NCBI RefSeq assembly: GCF_009914755.1
Contig: NC_060927.1
DNA length: 64,000 nt
Direction: 5' to 3' (one strand)
Source of the DNA: the human T2T-CHM13v2.0 reference genome, Homo sapiens
Shown here: positions 17,050-28,132 of the stretch, piece by piece
Position numbering within the stretch: the stretch's first letter is position 1
How the letters are laid out: every line of letters starts with the position of its first letter
Notes under the pieces: model-generated
Seen by the model: only the letters and a program-made list of their open reading frames with translations
What the model was told of the DNA's origin: nothing
Database searches by the model: none
Program-made: the position numbers and the translations under genes

Positions 17050-17720
17050 CCTCAGCAGTTGAGGCTGAATTTTGATCCAGAAAACATGATTTTAGTTCTG
17101 GTTCTACCAGTTGTTAACTTGGAGTCAGTTACTATACCTCTCTGAGGCTTCATTCCATTATCTGTCAAAGGGGATACTATATTACGCCTCATGTACATCA
17201 CATGACTACTGTAACGATGGAAGGAGACATATTGTTTTGAAATTCTTTAAGTAAACCCCTAATGTCCTAAAAATGTAACAAAATAAAAAATATTACAAAA
17301 GCTGATGAATTAGAATCACTAGTAAATGGTTCTAGATCTTAGTAAAATACTTTTACTTGATTTAGGGGGGAAATTATTTCAAGAATACATGACATTCTAA
17401 ATATAATTATTAATAGCAATGAGCAGAACTATTTCTTTTCAGCTAATAATGCAAGTGGTGGGATCCTAATATAAAATTTCACCAATGTGATGCAAAGAGC
17501 ACAAGCTTGGATAGCCAAAAATTTAAGATCAAAATTTAAACCCTGGCTCTGCTCCTAACATATTATTGTAGTAACCTAAGTGAGGTATTTACTTCATGAG
17601 CCTCAGTTCTCTAATATGGGGATAAGAACTTACATTTTAGTAGAAGTATGAAGATTGGATCATAATAAATATGTACAGTGCCCAGCAGAACAGTTGATGC
17701 CTAGTGGATGCTTGAAAAAA
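17050..17720 (+). mobile_element. Two MIR fragments (~17050-17230 and ~17500-17720)
   Basis: MIR core phrases CTCTCTGAGGCTTCATTCC..ATCTGTCAAAGGGGATA and TGAGCCTCAGTTCTCTAAT. Confidence 0.6.
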
Positions 17721-19329
17721 TGTCCATTTGCTCTCATCTTCTCTGAGATGCCTCATAAAATGGGAATGGGGATCCAGCGTGTTCTGTTCCATGCCTGTTT
17801 CTCCAATGCAAACGCAATATGTGATTGGTAAATGGGGGAGTGATGCCAGTATTGTGTGGAAGTCCCGCGGTTCTCATATGATCTTTTCTAGGATATTTAT
17901 ATTTTGAAGCAAATAGGGGCACGCTTTCTTCCAATTAAAGAGAAAGCCTTAGCACAATGAGAAGACCTTAAGAAACAAGTTGAACACTGGAGAGGGCCTT
18001 TCTTTCATGCAAATAGTGGCCGGCTTCGTGGTTTCCAGAGCCACTGTGTTTTTCACTCTGTTTTCTGATAAAACAGGGAGTAAACATGAGGAAATGGAAC
18101 ACATTTTCCTTTGTGTTAAATTTTAATTTTATGACAAAACAGTCTACACATTGGATTGGATTTTTAATTTGGATGAAACTGATCTCTGTGAGATGTGAAT
18201 GCCCTCCTGGACCTATGTCTCCAAGAGGAAGCACAAAAATCCAGAGTTTAAGCTTGCAAAGGATCAGTGAACCAATACACTGGGTACAAATGCAAATTAT
18301 AATTTACCTGTGCTGCTATTTTTATGAAGATTGCTGTGTTTTTTGTTAGATGTTGAATGGTCTCCTCCAAATGCATTTTCTCCCCATAGGCTCTGTTATT
18401 TTATTGTGCAATTTCGCAGAGTATGAGGTTTTACTAAAATATGTATATGAAATTATAGCAGAAATGCCTGTATTAGGAAATTACAGTCCAGTCAATCACA
18501 TTCAGAAATCATGTACTACACTTAGGCATAAGAAATAGTTGAAACATCAGTAAGCCTAATCATGTGAGACCATTTGACATCAAAATTAAGACACATTAGA
18601 ACATATACTTGAATCAAAGGAAAGGAAAAATGTAGGCTCACCCATTATATATGAGTCTGTCCACATGGGAGATGTGGCCAGTCCTCTTCTCTCCACATCC
18701 TAGAGTTTTATAGGAATGGGCCAGGGCACTGCTGGGTACTGGGGAAACCTTGCAGGGCTCCAGACCACCACCTTGCTTCAACCACAGCAGCTCCTCTCTT
18801 ACCTATTTTAGATATTATGCTTTTACCAAGGTTTCCTTTCAAACAAGTTTTGCCAACATGAGTTCAGTATTTGAAAAGTATAGGCCATCAAACCTGATGA
18901 TAATGGGTTGTTTAATGTGGTCAACATTCCTGTCCCCAATCATACTTTTTCTAAGCTTAGAAGAGAGTTTACAAACCATGTCCAATACTGGCTTTTAAAG
19001 AAGAGTGAGAGACACTTTATTGTATTTTAGAAGTTCCAAAGCTAGGAGATTGTCCATATTGCATTTTATTTATTATCCGTATTTGAAGCCATGATAGAGA
19101 TGTCTTGGCGCACTCCTCATTGGCTTCTCTATAAAAACAACTTCAAAAAGAAATGTCATTGTTTGGTCAGATAACTCTTTTAGATACCTGATCAATTAAC
19201 AAGAGGATTTTTAAAAACTTTATTTGAATAAAATTTCAAAAAATTGTTTGATGAATAAGTCTACACCATGGATCAAAATATTAACATTGTTAAAACCAAT
19301 CCCTACTGAAATAAATGCCCTCTGGAACC

Positions 19330-20200
19330 TTCAGTCTAGGATCAAGTATTGCATTTAGTTGTCATGTCTCTTTAATCTCCTTTAATCTAAAATATAGTTA
19401 TGTGCCATATAATGATGTTTTGGTCAGCGACAAACCACATATACAATGCTGCTCCCATATTATATTACTGTATTTTTACTATACCTTTTCTGTGTTTAGA
19501 TATGTTCAGATACACAAATATTATTGTGTTACAATTGCCAACAGTATTCTTCATAGTACCATGCTATACAGGTTTGTAGCCTAGGTGTGTAGTGAGCTAT
19601 CCCATTTAGGTTAGAGCACATACACTCTAAGATATTTGCACAACAACGAAATCATCTAACAACACGTTTCTCAGAATGTATCTCCATTGTTAAGCAATGC
19701 ATGACTGGATTTCCACTGATTTTCTTTGCCTTTTATGACATTGACTTGTTTAAGAATACAAGTCACCTTTTTTCATTAATAAGACATTCCTCATTTGGCA
19801 TATTTTCTGATATTTCTCATAATTAGATTCAGATTCTACATTCTTGGCTATAATCCTACATAAATGTTGTGTCCTTCCTAGGCTATTATATTTTGAAACA
19901 CCTGATGTCCATCTGTTCCTTATTGGTATTATTACTTTTGATCACCTGGTCAAGGTTTTGTCCAATTTCTCCAATGTATAGTTATGTACAGTATATATTA
20001 CATATTTTTCTCTTGTGACTAATTAGCAATCTACAGGAAAATAATGTTAGGCCATGCAAATATCCTGCTCCTCATAAAAATTCACCTCACTGCCCCCCAA
20101 TTTCAGCATCCATTGATGAGTCTTATCTGAACTAGTCTTTATTATCACAACGGGAAAATAATGTTTTTCAGCTCCAGCCACCATATACCAGTGAGCACTT
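19330..20200 (-). mobile_element. Old L1MC/MD-like fragment with a nested Tigger
   Basis: TGCATTTAGTTGTCATGTCTCTTTA..., CTCATAATTAGATTCAG, TTTGATCACCTGGTCAAGG and CAAATATCCTGCTCCTCAT. Confidence 0.6.
19395..19707 (+). mobile_element. Tigger3a/MER7A-like TcMar-Tigger DNA transposon
   Basis: Degenerate terminal inverted repeats (TAGTTATGTGCC...GCAATGCATGACTG) after a TA, with internal ATACTGTATTTTTACT and ACAGGTTTGTAGCCTAGG. Confidence 0.8.
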
Positions 20201-22282
20201 GTCATTGAAAAGAAGATATTTTGGATGGTAGTTCCATAATCCAGTCAAATGTTCCTTTGTTCTGCTTAGAAACCCAACCTAATGACATTTTGAACATTAC
20301 ATTCTCTTTGATTTTTACCTGAGAAGCTTTGGAATGACCTTTGGCCAAGAACATTAAGATTCTCATGTGTTTCCAGGCCACTGCTCCCTGTTCTAGTCTA
20401 AGGCCTTTCAGACCTAGCTTATTCCATCACTCTCTGCTCTGCCTGCACCTTTGATTTATATCTGTCTGGGATTTACTTGAGGGGAGGGGAGAGCACGTTG
20501 AGGGGGGAAGCAGACAAGCTCCTCTCTGCTCCACTGATTTGCTGGCTGTTTAATTTCTGTTTCTGTCTTCACACCTCCTCTGCTGCAGAGCTAGGATGCC
20601 CTGCCCCCACCTCCACCTGTCCTCGTTTCACCCACCCTTTGCCACAGGCAGTAAAATACAGCCCTGAAGGGCCCAGAAAGATGCAAGGCGTAATCCAAAA
20701 GATGTATCTCCCAATCCTTGGGAGATACTAAAATATTCCTGTAGGATGCAGAACCTCCAGGGTCAACAAGGCCCGATGGGAAGGCTTTTGCTTGCCACTG
20801 ACAGATGTCACAGAGCTTAGGCCCTTCCCTGGGCTTCTCCTGACTTGTGGTTAAGGATTCTCTTCTGAGCCATCTGAGTTCCTGTGATGCCGTCAAAATG
20901 AGTAAGTTCTCTAACCTTGGGAGACCATGGCATTAGAGAAAATGGAAATTGTTTGCGAGGCTCGCAGTTCATTAGCCTCATATAAAATGAATTTGGAACC
21001 CTCTGAAAAGAGGAGTTTGGGGGCTTCAGCTGAAGGTACTGCTATGACTCTCAAGATTCCATAAAACTCTGGAACTGAAGCCCCACAGTTCTTGGCAGAG
21101 CTTTCAGACTGTGGCAAGTTTAGGAAGGCCACACCTCAGGTGAGTGGGGATGATGATAGTGGCCACCAAGAGCCACAGGGAAAGGGTCCAGTCCCAGGTT
21201 GGAGGAGGGGAAACTGAGGTGACTCTGCCTCCCACTCTGACAAGCCCAGCTGCCCTTGGGACAGCCATACTGTAAACCGTAGGCCCAAGCAGGACAGGCA
21301 GGGAAGCAAAGACCAGGGTTCTAGACCCACCAGGCTGGGTGAAAGTTAGGTCTGGGAATGTGGGAGCAACTCCAAGGGCTGGTTTTCTAAGGAATGGGAA
21401 AATGGAAAGTAAATCTTAAAGTAGATCAAACAATAAAGAGATTAGTCAGTGGGGAAAGAACAGGTAAGATGCAAGCAGCATTTGCTAAAGCCTAAATCTA
21501 GCTGGGGAACCCCAGCTTACCCCCAAGTGGGGTTTCTGTAGTGCAGGCCTAGGCAGGCCAACGGCATCAGTGGCCTCAAGAATGAGGATTGGGGACAGCT
21601 GTGGGCAGCTTGGCCCATGGTCCAGCCTACACTACGGCTTGCATGCTGCTCTTGCAACCTGTGCCCTGTCTCATGGCAGTTTCCTCCCACATCCTGCTCA
21701 GTAGCTCTTCAAAGCCTTTGCCACACTCCTCATGTCCCTGCCCTACCGCGGCACTCTTCTGTCCCAGCAGCTGGCCTGGCTTCCTCTTTTATCACAGTAC
21801 CTCTGAGCTTTCATGTGCTGCTCAGTAACAGTTTGTGGAATGAATTAAGAAATTCACGAACGAGTGACAGACATGCCCCTGGAGATCTGAGATATCAAGG
21901 AGAATGGTCAGTGTAGAATGGGGCAGGAGCCCGGGTACTCAGGGAGCAGTATGGCTGCCCCCAGGCAGCTGGGTTCTTCACAGTAGGAAGAGACCTTTCA
22001 GTTTCTGCTCTTCCAACCCTGAATTCGACTCTTTCCCTGTGGCTCTGCACGGCTGTGATAACCAGCCCCATTCACCTACTTTTGGCCTTCAAAACCTTCT
22101 ACTTTCTTCCCCTACACCTGGGGGAGGAATAATCCCAGAACATGCAGGAGAAGGGGCTTATTGGTCCAACTTGGAAGGTTGTTGGCCTATCTGAAGAAAG
22201 AAATCTCTAGAATGCCATATTTTTTAAATGTTATTATGGCTTTATTTAAAAACCGATCCATCATTTTCTTAACACAGTCATT

Positions 22283-22610
22283 AAGAAAAAAAAAAAAGAA
22301 ATCATGTCCTTTGCAGCAACATAGACGGAGCTGGATGATATAGTCCTAAGTGAATTAATGCAGGAAAGGAAAACCAAATACCACCTGTTCTCACTTCTAA
22401 GTGGGAGCAAAACATTGAGCACACATGAACACAAAGATGAGAATAATAGACACTGCAGACTACTGAAGGGTGGGGGACCAGGGAGACATGGATTGAAAAA
22501 TCCACTATTCAGTACCATGCTCACTATTTGGGTCCAATATACCCATGTAATAATCTTACACATGTACACCTAAAATAAAATCATCTAAAATAAAATCTGA
22601 AATTTAAAAA
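22283..22610 (+). mobile_element. 5'-truncated old primate L1 3' end (L1PA15-17/L1PB-like)
   Basis: GAAATCATGTCCTTTGCAGCAACAT..., TGTTCTCACTTCTAAGTGGGAGC and ACACATGTAC...AAAATAAAA. Confidence 0.85.
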
Positions 22611-22780
22611 CAAATGAAGTGCTTCAAAACATCAAAAAATAAAAATATGTTTAAAGTAAAAAGTGAGTCTTACACATGTACCCCTAAAATGAAACCATCT
22701 AAAATAAAATCTGCAATTTAAAAATAAACAAAATGCTTCATAACATTAAAAAATAAAAATGTGTTCAAAGTAAAAAGTGA
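22554..22780. repeat. 114-bp tandem duplication (2 copies, ~89% identical)
   Basis: TCTTACACATGTAC...AAAGTAAAAAGTGA at 22554-22666 and 22668-22780; about 12 substitutions and no gaps by manual alignment. Confidence 0.9.
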
Positions 22781-22789
22781 AACTGACTC

Positions 22790-23990
22790 CCCCTTCCAAA
22801 TTCCCAGAAATTACTATCATTCATAGTTTGGTGTGCTTTCTTCTCCTCTTTACTGTGTGTGTGTGTATGCATATGTGTATTTTTTGTGTATACATTTTAC
22901 TCTCAAAAAAATGGTCTCATACCATACATAATGATCTACTCATAGGCTGCTTGCTTTGTTACTTAATGACTTATCCTGAATATTACCTTTCCCCTTCAGC
23001 GCCTCACTTCATGCCTTTGGAGACAAGCTCTTTTTAAATGGTCATCTAGGTGGCTTCTGATGCTATGTTATTTCAAACAACATTTCAGTGAAAATTCTTA
23101 TATAGACATGTCTGTGCACTCGTATGTATATTTCTATAAAATAAATTTCAAGAAGATAAATTTCTAGATCAAAGAATTTGCACATTAATTTTAAAAAAAT
23201 AATGTCAAACTTAAAGAAAGTTCCCAGAATAAGAATAATACAGACAACACTCATATAACATTTGCCCGGATTCTTTACCTACTGTTATCATTTGACCCCA
23301 TTTCTTTATTATTTGCTCTCTTCCTTTCTCTCTTTCTCTCTCTGTAAAATATTTTTTCTGAACTCTTGGAAGATACGTTACATACATCATCGCTCTTTAT
23401 TCTTAGACTCTTCGTGTGTATTTCCGTATTTCCTAAGAATAGGGAGGGATATTCTCTTACATAACTATAGTACAGTTATCAACTTTAGTAATTTAACATG
23501 GATAAAATACTTTTAACTAGTCTACTATCTATATTCTAATTTTGTCAATTGACCCAAAAAGTATCTTTTTTAGCCTTTTTTTCGCTCTAGTACAGGATCC
23601 AGTCTAGCTTCTGAGACTGCATTTAGTTATCATGTTCATTTAATATCTTTTAATCAGGAAAATTTTCACAATACTTTTTAAATTTTTAAAGGATACCTTT
23701 CAAATATTGTGTAATAGACTCTTCCTCATTTTGAGTTTGTCTGATGTCCCTTCATGCTTAGATTCGGGTTATTTATGTGTTGCCTAAGTGACAGTGTGCC
23801 CTTCTTAGGGTATTGCTTCTGGAGGCACGTGATGTTCGCCTGTCCTTTGTGTGATGTTAACTTGTATATTTTAAATTTTGGTAGCTGTTTATTCCCCCAA
23901 AGCCTTTTGCCAATTTATATTCTTGCATAGCTTACGAGATTTGCCCATTTTCACATCCTCTTCCTCACACAGAGAGTCATCAGTCTTAGT
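22790..23990 (-). mobile_element. Old L1ME/L1MC fragments
   Basis: GGGATATTCTCTTACATAACTATAGTACAGTTATCAAC, AGTACAGGATCCAGTCTAG and TGCATTTAGTTATCATG. Boundaries approximate. Confidence 0.6.
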
Positions 23991-25994
23991 CCCAGTGTAA
24001 ATGTGCTTATTCATGCTTTATTTAAAAAACAAAGCATCAATGTTTTTTCCCATTTTACTCTGAGGCACTTTAATATTCTTAATATTCTTATCTCTCAACC
24101 AACGTTTCTCAACCATCAAAGATGTAGTAAACTGACATGCTCTTTTATATCCCAGAGCTCACTGAGAGTCGGGCAGTCTGAGGGGTGACAGCGTGGGTGG
24201 GGTGGGACCCTTGGCTGACAGTTAGGAACTCCATGCTCTGGGAAAGTAAAACACAAGCCAATCCTTTTGTTTTTCCTTTGGGAGATTTTTATCTGCCCTC
24301 CATATGCAAGGACACACTTCTCCATGTATCTTCTTTCCTTCTTTCCTGTCATCCAATATGAGGAAAAGGCAGCATGGGATCTGGAATGGGAGGTTTCAAG
24401 AGCACCCCCCCACTTTTTACCAGGTGTGGACCCCTGGTCACCCTCCTCTCCTGTCCAGTTCCCAGTGCCTGTAAAAAGAGACTCAGAATACTTGGTTTCA
24501 TCCCCAGTATAGAAGATACACAGGAAGGAGCTGCCCTCCCAATACAGCCTTTGAAGCAGACTCTGCCCCTCCTTGGCCATCCCTCACCACCACCAGAGGA
24601 GGGCAGACAGCCCAGAGAGCAGGGCTCATGCAGGGAGGCAGGTGGAGCAGCGCCGTCAGCACTGGCACACTCTGCCAGCATTAGCTAACAGCTCCTCATA
24701 CGCCCCTCTGAGATAATTAAGTATTATTATCCCTATTGGCAGGTGGAGACGGTAAGACAGAGTGTTTAAGTGACTTAGTTGTAACTGCTGGGATTGTTTG
24801 CGGGAGAAACCATGCCAAGAAGGAAGTGCAGTTCAGGAGGCCAGAATTGCTTAAGCTATTTAATGTGACTGATTATTTTTAAATAGCTGTTGGAGGGCGG
24901 GGGCAGGAAGAGAGACTAGAAGCATGGCCAGTGGACACTGGTAAGGCATTCAAACATTGCAATGAAAAGAAGGAATATACCTAGTGTGTCTCTTAAAACG
25001 GGTTGCCATAGACAGTCTGTCAGCTGCTTACCCCACATGAAGAGGAGAAAAAATAATTGAAGGCCATGATAAGGACAATAGAAAACACCCCACAGCCTTC
25101 CCACAGAGTTGTACAGAGGTCTCCAAGTTGGCTAAGCAGGGGCCAGTCTCCATCTGAGAGCCCCAACCTTCTCCAGAGACAGAGCATCCACTGGAATCAG
25201 CAGCCCCACCAGTAGCCACTCGATGTCAGAAGGACTTGCCAGCTGTATTGCCTGCCGTAGCAAGTGCAGCTTCACCTCAGAGCAGCAGGAAGCCCATGTA
25301 GCCTCCATGCACAGGGCAGGGACAGAATGGGAGAAGAGTCTGGGTGACCAAGGGTTGTTGGGGAGACACATGCGAAAGGTGGAATGGCATCATGGCCTAC
25401 TGATGGATGGAAACCCTGGAGACATGGGGAAAGGCCCAGGGGTCACTGGTGTGGCAAACAGACTGGCTGACAGAGAGGAAGCTGTGGTCTCTTAGGATGA
25501 GCCTGGGGCTGAGGGTGGGCAGCAGTGAGGCATGGGTGCAGAGAGGCTCTGGGAAAAAGTACAGTTCCTGCCATTGTCAGAGAAGCAATGGATGAAACAC
25601 TGGACGTGGCCTGGAAACAGAAGGGGAGATAGTGGGGTGGCCTCTGAGCCTCCTCCTGAACCCTTCTTGCCCCCTGTTCCATGGTCCTCCATGCCAGCCT
25701 GTCACCCAGAGGGCCTGGAGGCTCATTGTCCCCTCCCCACCTGCCTTGGAGGAGGGCATTTTTGTTTCAGCAGCAGGGCAAGTCCAGCCCTGCTTACTAC
25801 ATTCCTGATGGGATGCTGGCTCTCTCTGTTCATTATCAGTACCCCACCATCTAGGAGAGCAAAGTGTCTAGAGAAGCTAAAGCCCTTTGGGGTGAGTCCA
25901 GTTGCTCTTTCTCCAGAGCACTCACTTCAGGAACACTGATAGCAGGACCCAGGCTTCAGGGACTAAACAAGGAGAGAACACACCTGCACCATTA

Positions 25995-26488
25995 TTTTTT
26001 ATTTTTATTAGCAAGATCTAAATTAGGGTAATTTAATTTAAATTTTTAAAATAATTTTGGCTTTTACTTTAGATACACGAGGTACATGTGTAGGATTGTT
26101 ACATGGGTGTATTGGACCCAAGTAGTGAGCATAGAACCCAGTAAGTAGTTTTTCAACCCATGCCTCCCTCCCTCCCTCTCACCTCTAGTAGTCTGCGGTG
26201 TCTGTTGTTCCCATATTTATGTCTATGTGTGCTCCATGTTTAGCTCCCATTTATAAGTGAGAATGTGTGATATTTGGTTTTCTGCTCCTGCACTAATTCA
26301 TTTAGGATTCTGGCCTCCAGCTCCATTCATGTTACCACAAAGGACATCATTTCTTTGTTTTCTATGGCTGCATAGTATTCCATGGTGTACATGTACCACA
26401 TTTTCTTTATTCGACCCACCATTGATGAGCACCTAATGTTGATTCCATGTCTTTGCTGTCATGAATAGCGAGGCGATGAACATAGGAT
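25995..26488 (-). mobile_element. 5'-truncated old primate L1 (similar subfamily to 22283-22610)
   Basis: GGTACATGTGTAGGATTGTTACATGGGT, TTTAGCTCCCATTTATAAGTGAGAA and TATGGCTGCATAGTATTCCATGG. TSD CTGCACCA(T/C)TA at 25984-25994 and 26489-26499. Confidence 0.88.
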
Positions 26489-28132
26489 CTGCACCACTAA
26501 AGACCTGACTACCACTGCGGGATTCCCTGGACAGTGTCCTCCTCAGGGCAGAAGGGATGCTGTTTCTTTGCCCTTTATTGTCCCTGGCCTGGCTCAGAGA
26601 GGGGCCTGCTTGTCAAATGAATGAAGGCAGCTAGTTAATTATTTAGCCCTTGTCTCTCCATCCTTTCTTTTTAATTGTAAACTCAAGAAGCACTGGATAA
26701 TAAAAAGAAATAATAATGCCTGTATCCTGGCCATCAGAGGCTGTTTTGGGTGTGGATAGTAAAAGAGAGCTGTTTGCCCAGTCAGTATAGTACAGAAAAA
26801 TGACGTCTGTTTGGTTGAAGATTTTTTTTCCAGTTGGGAAATGTCACCAAGTGGCCTTTCTGTTCTTCACACATGAAATACACACTATCATCCACATATT
26901 TTTAGTTAATTTATGTCCAAATAAGCCTTTTTGTAGCTGCTGGAAAATTATATTTGGGCTGCAATTACCTTTCGCAGCATTGCACAGAAGGGTTTCAGCG
27001 CTCACAAAGCTCAGGGGAGAGGCAGCAAGGACCCCACCCGATTGTAAATCTTTCCATTTGTAGTTATTCAAATCACATATTTTATTACTAGTACGAAATA
27101 CATTCTGCCATTCATTTTGGAGGAGCAGCTAATGCTTCAAGAAAAGCTTTGAAAAACATTCTATTTAGAAACAATTTTGTCAGCAGCTAATGCTATGTGT
27201 CTTTTTGGGTTGTCTTTTCTCCCAGCTCTCTTCTCTGTTATGTGTGCCATTTGCATGACAAACGAGACCATCCTCTCCAAAAGCTCACCTGTTCCTGCAG
27301 CCTGCTTCCCACCTCAAGTTTTCATTCTCTGTATGTTGCATCATAATCCTTAGCACGGTAATAAATTACAGTGTCACCATCAAGATTGTGGCTTCTGGAA
27401 AGAAATAAGCAGCAGGGCCAGATGAACTCTTTCAGAAGATGAGAGACTGTTTTCATGCAAATTCCTGGCATCCTGGGGAACTGGGAACAGCCTCTTTATT
27501 ATATAGACTCAGTTGCAATTCAGCAGCCAGAAGCCATTTCCACTAGCTGTTAGAAGCTGGTGACACTCAGAGCAAGATAACCTTTTAGGCAAAAACTTCT
27601 TTTCCTTCTTAGTTGTTATGAGTCTTGTCTGGAAAAATATCACTTTACTCATTAGATTGAGGAAAATGGGTCAGTGTACTTTCAGAGAGCTTTTAAGTTG
27701 AGACATTTATTCTAAAATACCTTTCTAATTTGACACAGAAACACTTGCAGCTCACTTTAGAGCAGTGCAGTAGACAGTGACTGTGGAACAGGAGCAGGGG
27801 TGTGCCACATGGATGCCCCCTGAGGGCAGGCCCATCTGTGTGTGAACTTGTCTACAATGGATTGCACAGACCCTCACTCGCAAGCAGGTGCTGTACCCAG
27901 GCTGGTCAACCACACAGTCAGGAGGGTCACTGCTCGAAGGCAGAGTGTCCAACCTGCCAACTCCAGGGTGACTCTTGACATACAATGTAAACTTTATCTC
28001 AATTTGCCCTCCATTTCCTTTGGGCCACAGATATACTTGACAGAAACATTAATGAGGCCAATTTGCTGCTTTTTTCCTTTTTCATCATTTTAAGATCTTT
28101 TGAGGCTTAGTACAATGTTGAAAAATATTTGC

